Shown here: positions 41,427-54,446 of the stretch, piece by piece
Position numbering within the stretch: the stretch's first letter is position 1
Layout: each line of letters opens with the position of its first letter
Assembly (NCBI GenBank): GCA_013265495.1
Contig: MU058584.1
Location: 5,732,407 to 5,796,406, forward strand
Length of the DNA: 64,000 nt
DNA from: Vicugna vicugna
Lineage: Eukaryota
Direction of reading: 5' to 3'
Position numbers and translations under genes: made by a program
Notes under the pieces: generated by a model
Databases searched by the model: none
What the model saw: the letters and a program-made list of their open reading frames with translations, nothing else
Told to the model about the DNA's origin: nothing

Positions 41427-41749
41427 CTAAAGAACAGAAACACAAGGATGACCTTCCATATGATGCTCAGTTCTTGACCACAATCCTGCACAGAGTTCCT
41501 CCAGAGACTGTGGATTACCACCCCACCCTTGGAATGCTCTGCTTTTAGAGGGGAAGAAGAATAGCCAAAGAAATTTTCTAGATCCCACTTAACAGCCCTG
41601 GGTAATTTGCACTGTAGCTTATACCCAGGTTAAATTAGTGTTGATGATTTAGGTCCTGAGCACCTGCTATCCCCCAACTGCAGCCACTTCTTGGTGAGAG
41701 GAAATCCTTACAAAATTCAAGCCTTGATACTTGATCATTTGGCTATGGG

Positions 41750-42187
41750 TTTTTTTTTAAATATATTTTTATTGAAGTATAGTCAGTTTACAATGTTGTG
41801 TCAATTTCTGGTGTACAGCACAATGCTTTAGTCATATAGGAACAGACATATAATTCATTTCATATTCTTTTTCACCATAAGTTACTACAAGATATTGAAT
41901 ATAGTTCCCTGTGCTATACACTATAAACTTGTTGTTTATCTATTTTATATATATTAGCTAGTATCTGCAAATCTCGAACTCCTAGTTTACCCCCTCCCAT
42001 GCCCTTCCCCCCTAGTAACCCTAAGTTTGTTTTCTATGTCTGTGAGTCTGTTTCTGTTTCGTAAATAAGTTCGTTTGTCTTTTTTTTTTTTTTTGATTCC
42101 ACATATAAGTGATATCATATGGTATTTTTCTTTCTCTCTCTGGCTTACTTCACTTAGAATGACAGTCTCCAGGTCCATCCGTGTTGT
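41750..42187 (-). mobile_element. 5'-truncated LINE-1 3'UTR with TSD
   Basis: T-tail then antisense L1 3'UTR; flanking repeat TTTGGCTAT at 41738-41746 and 42188-42196. Confidence 0.9.
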
Positions 42188-42953
42188 TTTGGCTATAGTT
42201 TTCAAAGAATGATATTACTGCTCCCTATGGGCATTTTTTTTTTTTAATTTTCATAGTGATCAAGACTTACTATTGACATTAGGGCAGGGGCCAGGGGTGC
42301 TGAATGGTCTAATAGGCATGGGCCACAAAAGAACTGTCTTGCGCACTCCATGTAACTTTTGAATATCTACTCAATATTCAAGGAGGCGAAAAATCTCTGA
42401 GCCTGGAACTTAACTGCTTTATCCATAAATGTTAGTTTTTTGGTGTGTCTTTAAAAATGCACCTGCCATCTGAGGGAAGATAATGACAGGTTTTCCAACT
42501 CTTTACCAGAGTCTCTCATCATTTTGAAAAATCAGGTTGGTTCTGGCAACACTTCTGATACTGTTTGAGTCACTAATGGAATATTCTTGTCAGTTGGCCT
42601 TTAAGGTTGTTGCCTTCATAGTGATTCTAATTGAACGAAGGTGCAGGCCTCTGATAACCTCACAGCGTCTGCTAGTGAGATGCCCCAGCTTTCACATTTT
42701 ATTTCTACTACAAGTCACTTTCCCTTGTATTTCTCCTTTATATTATGATTAGGGCACTTACTGTTTCTTACAAACATCATGTGTCGTTAAGATATATTAT
42801 GTGTATATTTTGCTCCAGAATTTAGTAAAGGGGACATTGCCAAAGATCTGTTGCAAAAGAGGGGTGGTAGTGTATGTATAATCCTTCTGACATATTACAG
42901 TGAATTAAAAAGCCAAACTAGAAATACTTAATCATGAAACTTTTCCATCTTAC

Positions 42954-42984
42954 CTTTGAGGGTTCAAGGGACTTTCCCCCTCAT
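42954..42984 (-). CDS. SELP: P-selectin cytoplasmic C1 micro-exon
   Basis: 31 bp; tttcag|AT GAG GGG GAA AGT CCC TTG AAC CCT CAA AG|gtaaga = DEGESPLNPQ(S); phases fit both neighbours. Confidence 0.94.
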
Positions 42985-45368
42985 CTGAAATAAGCAAGAA
43001 GACACAAAAGATTGGTTTAAAAGAAAAAAATGGGATGGAGGAGAAAGGTCATCAGTGATAGGAATTACTGGGGAAAGTTAGCAGGCTGATTTTCAGATGG
43101 GCTCATTATAAGGGACATATGGGGAACAATCCCTCCCTGAGAGCTAGGACCTTTTTAAGACTAAGTAAAATATTTGATAATATGTAACTCCAGAGACCTC
43201 TCATCTTTCTCATCTTCCCTTTCAACCTCTTCTCCTACCTCTGGTCCCTGCCTTCAGTCTCTTGGCTACTCTTAGTGGTTGTTGAGATCATTGGTTCTCG
43301 AAATCCATTTCTTTGGCACTTGAGGGCCTCTATCTTTGCATCCTGTCACACTCCCTCAGCCATTAGTGGGACTAGATAATCACATAAACAAATCCAAGTT
43401 GACGTAACAGTGGATATTTTCCTTCCCTGGTCACATATGTGATCAGGGGCCTTCTGTCTTAATCCAAACAATGGACTCTGATAGTGGAAGCTTCAAACAT
43501 GTAAGCAAGTCTGTCAATCATCCCATGGGTAGATAAAAGGAGAAAAGCATCTCATGGCTAAATAAGTTTAGAAAATATTCGGTGAAATGAAGATGAACAA
43601 GTATATTTATTCCAGGGGATGATTGAGCCTTCAATGTGCTAATAATGTGCATTTTGAATTTGCAGGAGGGGGATATAGTATACAGCATTATCCTAGTGTG
43701 GGAACATAGAATCCTAGAAAGTTTAAAATCAAATTGGGACAGGTCAAGGGAAAATTCTCCCTCCCTACAAAGGAATTTATTTCGTATAAAGATACTGGAG
43801 GATGGGTGGCTGCTGGTCCCTCTGCATGGTTCAGAGGATTCCCTGGAAATGTCTGAAAACTAAGGGAAAAAAAGGACTTGGGGAAAATGACTCCTACATA
43901 GTGGTGGAAATTAAGACCCAGGTCTTAGGAGCTCTCGCCTCTGCTTCTGGATTTGGTTAAGCAAGCACAAATGGTACATGGACGGATTGGTTGTAGCTCT
44001 TTGATCTTTAAGCAGTGTCGCTGTTTGTCCGTTGCCCTATTCACCCACTCACAGAGTGTATGAAGCAGCTTTAGAAAAACAGCCTAATGCAACGGTGCCT
44101 TTGCGAAGGAAGAGAGCATGTGAGGAGGGAACCAGGGGTTCTTCCGCCGAGCAGTTAAAAATAGGTCTTGAAACTCCTCAACTCCATGAGAACGCTGTCA
44201 GGTACTTTTAACATCGCCACTTTCAGTTCTTGGATTTGAGCATCCTGACTGCTCTGACACCCCTCATTACTCTCCATGAAGAATAGTGATGGTCCCCAGC
44301 GTCTTATTAAAAGAGGTTTCTCAGCGTATGGGCAGGCCGAACATCTGGGACAGGCAGTGAAAGGATGTTGTAACCCTTAACGGGATGAGTCTCTCTTTTT
44401 TATTCCTAGGCTAGATCTATTTTTTGATGAACAGTCTGGTAAACAGTTTCCCTTATAGAAGGTCTTCATCCATTTTGGTCCCTTTCTTGCTTAAAGCCTG
44501 AAGTAGCCCCACAAGTTTTCGTGAGCACGTATACATCTCTTAGCTTTTCATACTAAATCATTGATAAAGCAGCAGCTCTTCACACTAGCTTCGTTTTTCA
44601 CTTCCTCCACCAGTTTTTTTTTTCTTCTGATTCAGATGCAAAAAAACTGTGGAACATAGCACTTTTCTAGCTATTTCACTGTTTTAGGTCTTTTCACATG
44701 CCATTATTTCTGCTGGAGCTCTTTTTCAGTTTTCTCTCTTGGAAAAATCCCTCTTTTTCTTCAAAGGTAAGCTTAAAAGAGTCTTTCTGCCCTATCAGTT
44801 GGTTAGGACTCCTTTATTTTGTGTTCTGTAATAACTTGGGTTGTATTTTTGCCCAAACACACTTGCTACGCTTCAGTGTTAGCACTAATTTAACTTGTCT
44901 ATCTCTCCTACTAGATTATACGTTCCTTAACGTCAGGAACCATCATTCTGGGTCTCACTACCTAACACAGATGATCAATAAATGGCTATTGCATGAAAAA
45001 ATGAGTGAAGGAAGTAAGAGTAACTCCTTTCTAATTAGTTTTGGCGGTAACTCAGAGGCCCCCAAATGCCAACGTGCAACTTGTCTTCATCAAAATCTGA
45101 TGGAGGGATGGGGGGCTTTTGAAAAATTCAGATTTACAGGCCCATCACCAGATCTCCATATTATGAGGACCTGTATTTTTATAAAAATTCTCTATTTTTC
45201 TAAAAGATTGAAACCAACTGATGGGCAGTTGGTTCTCAAGATCAGTTATCTTAGTCTTGTTTTCTTTCAATGCAGATGTTTTTAGACAGGTACTACTGAA
45301 GCTGTGGTTTCACTGCCCCACCCAAAATCACATGAGGGAAGAAAATAAGAATACTCTTTCCTATTTAC

Positions 45369-45488
45369 CTTTTTGTCTGCACCACCTTCTTAGCAGAGCC
45401 AGGAGCGTCCCACACACCACTAAACCTGTTGCAGAAGCCACTGCTCCACCAAAATAAGTCAGGGCTTCCTTGACAGTCAGTGGCCCCG
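45369..45488 (-). CDS. SELP: P-selectin transmembrane exon
   Basis: 120 bp, phase 1-1; AGPLTVKEALTYFGGAVASATGLVVCGTLLALLRRWCRQK. Confidence 0.97.
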
Positions 45489-46345
45489 CTGTAAAGCAAA
45501 CACACACACATGCAAGACATAAGAAGTGTATTGTGCAGAAGACCATCGTTCCCCCATGAGGGTCCCCAGAACTCTAAGAGGTGATATGAAGTAGGTCATC
45601 AAAGATCCTGGCAGAGCTAACAGCCCAGCACAAGAAGATCTGGAAGTCATAAAATCACTGCAACAGAATGGGACACAGGGCCTAATTTTCTTCCTAATGC
45701 TTAAATATCAAACATAATTTCTGAAGGAGTCAGGGTAAGGACCCAACAGAAGGGATTCAGTGATTAAATGATAGACAGAATAAGTGGAAGTTTCGATAAA
45801 TGAAACTGTAGGTAATTTTAGGGGGGACAATTGAAGATTCATTTGTGCCAAAAAGAAAGAAAGAAAGAAAAAGTAGTTAAAACAAGCTGCTGGAGAAAAA
45901 AAGTGGAAAAATAAATGGGAGGGGGATGAAATAAACCTTACAAACAGATGGAGCTTAATTAAGGAAAGTCTATGGTAGAGGAATATGGTAAACAAAGGCC
46001 TTCTGAGATAATAAATTAGGAGTCTGCCTTAAATCACCTCCAGTTTAAAACATTTTGAAACTTCAAGCTGTAACACACACAGATTGTAAAGAAATGAGAG
46101 GATTCATTTCACAAACTGGAGCTTTGAAAAAGGAATGGTGATTGTCAACAGAGTCACTGAATTTGATTCCCACTGCTCTGCATAAGGCAAGGAGCTTCCG
46201 TTTGAGTCATTGTGAAGCACTTATTAAACGCAGGGGAAACCCAGTGATGGAAAATGAGACCACTGTCAAAAATACACAGAGAAGAAACTCTGATTTCATT
46301 ATTTCCCATATCAAAGTGACTTCCTAACCCATCTGAGAAATATAC

Positions 46346-46531
46346 CTTGGCAGGTTGGCACAGAAGTCGACCACCAGCCGTTCTCTTGGCAGGCTGTTCT
46401 CTCTGAGCCATTAAGTGATTGACCCTCTGGACAATAGAAGCTGCAGGTTGATCCGTAGCTGAACTTCCCCCAGGGGCTGGAGCAGTTCATCACTATTGGC
46501 TCAGTAATGTGTAGCTCGGAGCATTTGACAG
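46346..46531 (-). CDS. SELP: P-selectin sushi exon (human CR9 equivalent)
   Basis: 186 bp; AVKCSELHITEPIVMNCSSPWGKFSYGSTCSFYCPEGQSLNGSERTACQENGWWSTSVPTCQ. Confidence 0.96.
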
Positions 46532-46667
46532 CTGCAGAAAAAAAGAATGCATGAATAACAAACATAGAATGAAAGTAAAGAGATTATGATTTCATGTGAA
46601 ACCGGGCTAGGATTGCCAGTAGATGAGGATGGGCACATAGTAACATTCAATAAATCCCTGCCTTTCA

Positions 46668-46828
46668 GGGTGGGAGGGTATAGCTCAGTGGTAGAGAGCA
46701 TGTTTAGCTATGCCTGAGGTCCTGGGTTCAATCCCCAGTACCTCCTCTTAAAATAAGTAAATAAATAAACCTAATTACCTCCCCTCCAACAAAAAAAATA
46801 TAAAAAAGAAAAAATATTAAAAAACAAA
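46668..46828 (+). mobile_element. tRNA-derived SINE (Vic-1-like), long-tail form
   Basis: gggagggtatagctcagtggtagagagcatg...ggttcaatccccagtacctcc then aaacctaattacctcccc and A-tail. Confidence 0.88.
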
Positions 46829-47588
46829 ATTTTACTCCTTAAAAATACTGTTGTTCTAAATGTTATCATTACTACCATTGGCAATTAGCTGTCATGTGAA
46901 CACATGTTTTCTAAAGTAATAAGTGTTCAGCACAGCTGGCCTCTGAAAGTTTGAAAGAAGTAGAGACTGCCACTCTCTTTAAACTATTTTTCAGAGAATT
47001 TCAGGTTGTTCCCCCAAATTTGTGGATAGGGAACTAAATTTTACTCAAATTTAACTCAACTCGGAAATCTGAATTTAGCCCAAATAAATGTTATTGAGTC
47101 ATAATGCCATTTGCAAAGCGCTGTACTGTGTTTCACAGGGAACACAATGATCGAAGAGACATCGTGCTTCATGCGTAGGGCGACAGGTCTTCAAGAGGTA
47201 TCATACATGCTTTCTCTTTTTATTTAGGTTCCAATTATGAAAATATGAGATGTCTACACTGTTGCATCATTAACAGAATCGCAACTTGTATTTCACATTT
47301 CATGTAGCTGGTTTTGTGTTCAGCAAGCTTATTGTTCTAACACATTTTGGACAGTTACAAATGTTTCCTCCTTTAGGTCTTTGAGTACCAGGCCATTAGC
47401 TTGTGACATAAGGAAGGGGACAAGCGGTACGCCTGCTATACATCCCTTCTAATTGGGATTGATGTGAGTTTCATGGAGAAGCGGAGGCCAGAAGTGGTCC
47501 TTGGGGTTGAATGCAATTTCGACAGGCACACACAATGACTAGCTTGCTAGAAGATAGCATCAGGACTGCCTGCTTCTTTTCACATTAC

Positions 47589-47798
47589 CTCTGCATGCTG
47601 GCGCTGCTGCTGTCCATTGTCCAGAAGGTCTGCATCTGAGAGCAATGTCTCCCATGAGTGTGAATCCAGCTTTGCATCCAAAGTGACAAGTGGTATTTAA
47701 ACCAAAGTTTCCCAGGTGATGCTGGCAGGACATTCTTCCCTTCTCTGGAGGGATGAGGGCTGGACATTGCACCTCCAGATTAGAAGCTGCTACTATGT
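47589..47798 (-). CDS. SELP: P-selectin sushi exon with N-terminal linker (human CR8 equivalent)
   Basis: 210 bp; DIVAASNLEVQCPALIPPEKGRMSCQHHLGNFGLNTTCHFGCKAGFTLMGDIALRCRPSGQWTAAAPACR. Confidence 0.95.
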
Positions 47799-48648
47799 CT
47801 GTTTTGAGAAAATGTTGCAATTTAGAGAGCCTCCCATTAAAAAGAGCATAACAGAGTTAAGACTGACATGGAATAACCAATTTGCACTCCTTTCATAACC
47901 AGAGAGGCTCTAGCAATAGCTCCTTAAGGAACTTAAGGAAAACCATTCATCTCAGGTGTGGAAAACCAGGCAAAAACAGTGATTTAAAACTGTCCTCAGA
48001 GAGATGATTCTCCTGGCCAGAAGAAATTGGGAGAGGGGGGACATCAATGTTACAGATGTTGAAAACAAAACCAGAATAATTGGTGCAGGAACGTAAGAAT
48101 CCATATAAAGCAAAATATGCACAGGCCAATTGATTGCCCATTGCTGCCTCATTAAGAGGTGGCATTGTCCTCTGGCCAAAAGTCGGCATGAAATACGAGG
48201 TGTGAATGATGCCACTGGCTTTGTCACTAACCTGCCATGTGGCAGAAAGATGACAATTGACTTCTCTAAGCCTCAGTTCCTTGATTTGAAAGACTGGACC
48301 AGTGACTGCACCCTGGCAGTGAAGCAACGGAGACCATTCAATCAACTCAATAAAGCTCTTTGAGAAAAAGAGGCCAAAATGAGTAAAGAAAATGTGTGCC
48401 TAAGGATCAGTGTATCTTTTATCCACAAGTGTGAAAAAGTCCTTTCACTCCTTATAAATTTTTGACTCATATGCTATGTTTCCTAGACCCCAATAGATAA
48501 CCCATTTAATGACAAGAAGTGGAGCTCTCACAAGGATAATAATATAACATGTGCCTGTCCCATCAGAAGAGTGTATGTAAGTGTGTGTTATTTTTGTTGA
48601 AGGAATTTCCAGAAAAAGAGCTGTCTCAGTGAGGATATCCTACTTTAC

Positions 48649-48834
48649 CTTCACAGGTCGGTGGAGGGGCTGTCCATCTGCCAGAAGCTGTGCATTCCAC
48701 GTGGTCGGACCCCTCCAGCCGAAAGCTTTTGTTACAGGAGAAATGGCAGGTGGAGCCAACGATGAATTCTCCCCGAGTGTCAGAACAATCCAGGCTTCCG
48801 CGCTCTGGGGCAAACAGTTCTGGGCACTTGATGG
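48649..48834 (-). CDS. SELP: P-selectin sushi exon (human CR7 equivalent)
   Basis: 186 bp, hand-translated: AIKCPELFAPERGSLDCSDTRGEFIVGSTCHFSCNKSFRLEGSDHVECTASGRWTAPPPTCE; CAG acceptor, GTAAAG donor. Confidence 0.95.
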
Positions 48835-50084
48835 CTGGAGAATCAAATCAAGAATGTCACGATCTCCAAGTTGATGTGGAAGCTTGGTTTTGCACCAGAT
48901 TTGTTCATTCACGTACTCAACAAATCCTGATGGCGCTCCCACTAAGTCTGGTGTTTTGCTAGGTCGCCAGCATTTCCCAACAAACACAACAGGTGGTTAA
49001 GTACCAGGGCAGGGGGAGGGATGGTGGGCTTGCAGAGAGGAGTGTAGGTAGAAGTCACACTCAGGAATTCACAGTTTCATCCTCTTCCCTCCACACCCGC
49101 TGCTTCAGAGATCTCGCAGCCACCCCTGACTCTCACTGTCCTCTCTGTATAAATGCAGCCCAGGATTTCATTTTTGGCCTTTCCTCTTGCCTGAGACTTC
49201 TTTCTATAGTATCCTGGTGTCCCTGCAAATTCAACCCAACACATCTAAAACTGTGACGATCATCTTCTGTCCTAGAATACTATTTCCTCCATTTAGATCC
49301 CCACTTTTTTTTTTGTTGTTGTTGTTTGATTTTTTTAACCACGATTTTGTAGCATAGGAAACCTCAAAACCTCCTGGTCAAGCTAGATTATTCCCCAGGA
49401 ATTCCCTGAACTGACCTCATGTATTGTTGCCTCTGGTTCCTGGCTCACACTGCTCTACAGTTCTTTCTATTTTCACTGAATAAAATCCCACCTGCCCTCT
49501 AGGATCCAACTGAACACAGCCTCTCCAGACTCTCTGCAGCCTGAAGTCCCCTCCCCTGAAGGCATCCATTTTTTCGCTTGAACTCAGATGCTGTCATATC
49601 TCATGTCATCTCTTCCCTCTCCTGCTGGATGGGGAGCTCCTAAAACCCAAGAACCAGAAATCTTCGTGTCTCCCACAGTTCACACTGCAGGATCTCAAGA
49701 GGTGGTGCTCTTGCCAAGTGGATGAGGAAATGAATTTTTAATTTACCATTTCCCTCAAAAACGGTTTCTATAAATTATTGCCATTATGTATTTCTCTTAG
49801 GATCCTGTCTTTCTCACCATTAAATTCTCTGACATAGTCTGTTATTTATCAACAAATGCTGGGTTATTGACAAACTGAGTGACTATTCTTTCTTTAAATC
49901 CAAGGCTATCTCAAAGCAATGCTTTAATTGGGTAAGGCTCATTTTGCTTAGCTATTTTCCTTTTTTTTTAAAAAAAAAAACCTCTTGAAGTCCTATGTGA
50001 TGCCTCATGGAAAAGTGATACATATTGGCTTTTATATACTTGCCCACCTGTTTTATTTGTTTTTGTTTTTAAAACTTTTTTCTT

Positions 50085-50246
50085 TTATTTTCTTTTTTCT
50101 TTTCTTTTTTTTTTTTTTTTTTTTTGCAGGGAGTAGGTAATTAGGTTTACTTACTTATTTGATTTTTCAGTGGAGGTACTGGGGATTAAACCCAGGACCT
50201 CAGGCATGTTAGGCATGTTCTCTACCACTTGAGCTATACCCTCCCC
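50085..50246 (-). mobile_element. tRNA-derived SINE (Vic-1-like), long-tail form
   Basis: Reverse complement of the same SINE head (ctctaccacttgagctataccctcccc), preceded by a long T tract. Confidence 0.88.
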
Positions 50247-53200
50247 ACTGCTCATCAGTCAATTGTGGGTCCTTAGTGTATGAATCCATACAAATAGCCC
50301 AGTTAACATACTGAATTTCAGTTTGAAATGCTCAACTTTTTGAATAATTAATAAATCCATGGATCTGGCAGATAAACTCCATTTATCAAACATTTATGAA
50401 GTATACCTATTGGTGTAAGTCATAGACATTAAATCATCAGTGAACATTTTCACTAAAATAACTTTTTCAGAATCTCCCAGAATTTCATATTTAAACCCAA
50501 GAAAATACATAATGTCAACCACATGAGAGCAGGGACCTTGTCAGCTCTTTTCAACACTGTATCCCAGGCAACAGGGCCTGGCAGCAAGGAGGGGGGTCTG
50601 AAAATATTTGTCAAATGAATGAATAAGTCAGTGAGCACAATTTAATTTGGATGTGTTCTAACAAGTGTTTTTACATGGTCTGAAAAGAAACAAGAGGCAT
50701 TACTATTTTAAAAGACTGAGTTAAGTGACCCCTAGTATACACAGAGAATTACTACAGCATTAAATGCACTTGGGGATATTGCTTTGGTCTCAATTTCGTC
50801 AGTCTTGTTCTGCCAGGGTTATAGATACAGCCTTTTGTTACCTATGAAAGGCTCTGAATCCTCTTCTGTAAACACTAACCTTGTCCCATCTTAGGCCCCC
50901 AACAAGGACTTGACTAACACACATAGGGAACCATGTTTTCCTGTCTGAAGGGCAGTGTGGTGAGGTATATGGAAACCTAACCCAGATCTGGTGAATGGTG
51001 GGCACCCAGCAACCATGGGCTGAATTAAATTCGTAGTGATACCAAGGGAGCTGCTGGAGTGGAATGGCCAAGTGCAGATGTAGAGGAAGAGATTTTTACC
51101 AAGGAATCACATCTGTGGGTAACTTTAGAAAGTCGTCATACTCTTGAGCCTACTCTAAAACTTTGCCAAAAAACTGAGTCACTCCAAAAAGAACAGAAGT
51201 TGGATAAGGGTTGTTTTTATCACCATACTTAATGCTTCATTTTCATGGACTTCAAGGCAGTGCTGTCCACTGGAAAGGTCTTCAGGGATGTTTTTCTGTG
51301 ACCCATGAAGTAGATGTGCATGATTGCATGTGAATTCGTAAGTTACTGGATTCACTGACACTCAGTTATCAACTTACAACCTATTTAGCTGATTCGCCTC
51401 TGTTCTTTTGTATAATCTCTTTTTACTTGAGTTGGATATAATTTTATCAAGATTTTTTTTGCAAAGATATAGTATAAATAATCAAATTAAATGAGTCGGC
51501 TGGTCTGAACTCAAATGATAAAAATAAAGACTAGGAGTCTTCATGGAATCAGAGGAATGGAGAAGTAAACTATAGATGTGAGCCAGGCCAGGGCTTCGAG
51601 GGCACACATTTGCTATATTTTAGAACTTGGATGAGTAGGGACATGGCAGAAGGGCAGGGCTAGGATTGGGACTTGGTGCCAGGACCCACCTCTCCCCACC
51701 AAGGTGAGGTTGGCCATTAGGAGTTGGGTCTCCAGAGTGTCAATGACAAAGTGAATGGGAGATCAGTAATCTGCATCAGGATAGTGTCCCAACAGGCGGG
51801 GACAGGAGGGACACAGCAACCAGAGACAAGCAATTCAGCACCACTTAGGTTCAGGGAAATGGATTCAGGTCCTGGAGGGCAAAGGCAGGGAGGAGACTGG
51901 GAAATACAGGCAGAGATCAAGTCCTAGACAAGGAACTGACATTCTAACTAAAAAGGAATGGTCTATGGAACCACTCAAAAGATGGAACCTCACATTGCAC
52001 TGTGAAGTGGAGACTGAGTGTTCCACCTGCCCCACCACCCCAGCTTACTTGGTGGCCCTCAAGCCCCTCTGATGTAGCCTCAGACTCTGCAAAACACCAT
52101 GTGAAAATCAGGGTTCTGAAGGGTTAAAAATTCAGACTCTGGTGTGTGGGAAAAGAAGAGAAACTATTTGGCTAAATATAGAGAGTAAATTTGGAGAATG
52201 CGGTAGAAACACAGGTGCAGATCCAGAGCTGATGATCAGGCTCAGACGAGGTTGACGGTTCCAAGGCCCATTGTTGACTTCAGCTGCTGCCCAGGGGCAA
52301 GGTTGGTTCTAGACACTGACTGCAGCTATACCTGCAGGGTGGGGGGCAACTGCTGCCTCTTGTTGAAAAGGGGGTCTAGAAAGGAGTGAGGCGAGCAGGG
52401 GCTTCAGAGATTACAGAGTTAACAACCATGTTGGTTGCATATGTGATTTAAAACTTCAGTGAGATACTTCTTAGGGATTGTTTTATTATTTAGCCTTGAA
52501 ACTGAATGTGGAAAACCAGAGCTCGTGATAAATGTCCACCGAATACATGAATGAGTGATTGAGAAATAAGTGATGAAACACAAACCCTAATGATATCAGC
52601 TGTAAATGTTCTAGATCGCTCAGGTGGCTTGTAGTATATCTTTTTGACGGCAGATAATAGCATTTTATGTCCTTTAACCTACAGAATTCTTGTCCAGGGA
52701 AGAGACCTCAGAGCTGATCTTGCTCACTCTTCCCCTTTGGGAACTGGGAAAATCAGGGATGTGAACATGATCTACATGACATGTGACTTCGGGGAAGAGC
52801 AACACAGGTTTTTGGATATTAATCTAGTGCTCATTCCACTGGAAGGAATAAGTGTTTCGCTCTTTTCATATAACACTGATATATTTCTATCAACATATCC
52901 TCTCATTTAATCACCAGGCACTGCCTTCTCTAAAGTTCACTTTGCAGGTTACAGCTGCAACTGGAAAAGCGCAGGGGAAGAGAGTCAAATTACAAGCGAC
53001 TGACCCGGGATTCAGAAACCCGCCACTGGGTGGCAGTGTAGTGCAGTGATAAAAGCACTAGCCAGACTCCAGTGACACCTGGGTTTGAATCCTAACTCCA
53101 TACTTCCTAGCTATTTGATCTTTGTCAGCTATTTATCGTCTCAAAGCATCTGTTTCTTCATCTTTAAAACGGGGACAGTAATAACCATGTTAAAGATTGT

Positions 53201-54168
53201 TGTATGGATCGAATGCAAAGATGCATATGAAATAGTTGGTACTTACACAAGCAATAAATATTAGCTATTGTTGCTGGCTTTATTTTTACTGAGTGCAGGA
53301 CATGGAACAGTAAGTTAGAACAATGGTGACTTTTGAAAGTAGACATGAGCTATAAATTAATCACTCCAGTACACCTCTATTTTAGATACTATCAGACAGA
53401 TGTTTTAGGGGACTCACAGGCAGATAAGATCTGGCCCCTGTTTTTGAGGGGCCTGCTAATTCCTTGTCAAGAGGGCTTGAGCATGAGAAAATTTAATTGG
53501 TAAATGATAAGCTTCAAGTCAACAGATACTTGTCACACCCCCACTTTTTATTCTGTCTAGTTGCTGCAGGAAATGCAGAGATGAAGAAAACACAGTCCCA
53601 CCCTCAAGGAGCTCATAATCCATACAGAAGGGGAGCAAGGAGAGTCGCACATAAACAGTTAGACTGTGAGATCCTGGAGGGGCTGGGACGAAATCACATC
53701 CATCCTTGAATGAGCTCAGTGTCTGGGGCTTGGTAGTGCTCAGCGAGGGTGAGTGGAGGAATGAATGAGTAAGAGCACAGTAGAGAAATTCTTTACAACG
53801 AAGTAAAAGTCCCAGCAACATAGCTGAGCTTCGTCACTTACTGACAGCGTGAATTTCCACAAGTTACTTAATCTCTCTGAAACTCTATTTTCTCGTCTAT
53901 AAAAGGGAGATGATACTGCCTTTCCTCATTATTCCAGAATTGTGGTAAACATCAGATGACACTCAAACATGTTACACAACTGTGAAATGTTTGAAGTTAT
54001 TGTTATAAGAATATTCAGAGAGAGAGAGACAGAGATGTTGATCTAGATTATTATACTTTGTGGAGAAAGCTCTCTTTAGGTTAAGAAGTTTTACATGAAT
54101 CCCTGATGGTCCTCCATTCTTTAATGTTATCTGAGAAGCCATAAGAAAGGACAGACCCATGATCCTAC

Positions 54169-54354
54169 CTTCACACGTTGGTGGGGAACCTGTCCAGTGT
54201 CCGGATGGGGTGCAATCCAATCTTTCTGGCCCAGATAAGGAGAATCCCTCATCACAGATGAAGTGGCATGTGGATCTGTAACTGGAATCTCCAAGAGGTT
54301 GGATGCAGGTCTTTGTTCCATTCTGAGGGCTTAGCAGAGGTGTGCAGGTAATGG
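54169..54354 (-). CDS. SELP: P-selectin sushi exon (human CR6 equivalent)
   Basis: 186 bp; AITCTPLLSPQNGTKTCIQPLGDSSYRSTCHFICDEGFSLSGPERLDCTPSGHWTGSPPTCE. Confidence 0.95.
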
Positions 54355-54417
54355 CTACCATGGGCATGGCAGAGGAGGAGAGAGGAGATTGTTTTAGAAC
54401 ACAGCAACCTGAAATGA

Positions 54418-54446
54418 TTGTGTGTGTATGTGTGTGTGTGTGTGTG
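54418..54446. repeat. (TG)n microsatellite
   Basis: TG dinucleotide run about 65 nt upstream of the CR6 acceptor. Confidence 0.9.

Noticed and set aside
44698..45285. 195-aa plus-strand ORF in a SELP intron
   Set aside because: Low-complexity Leu/Phe/Ser-rich translation running across L2/MER-like repeat debris; no splice or homology support
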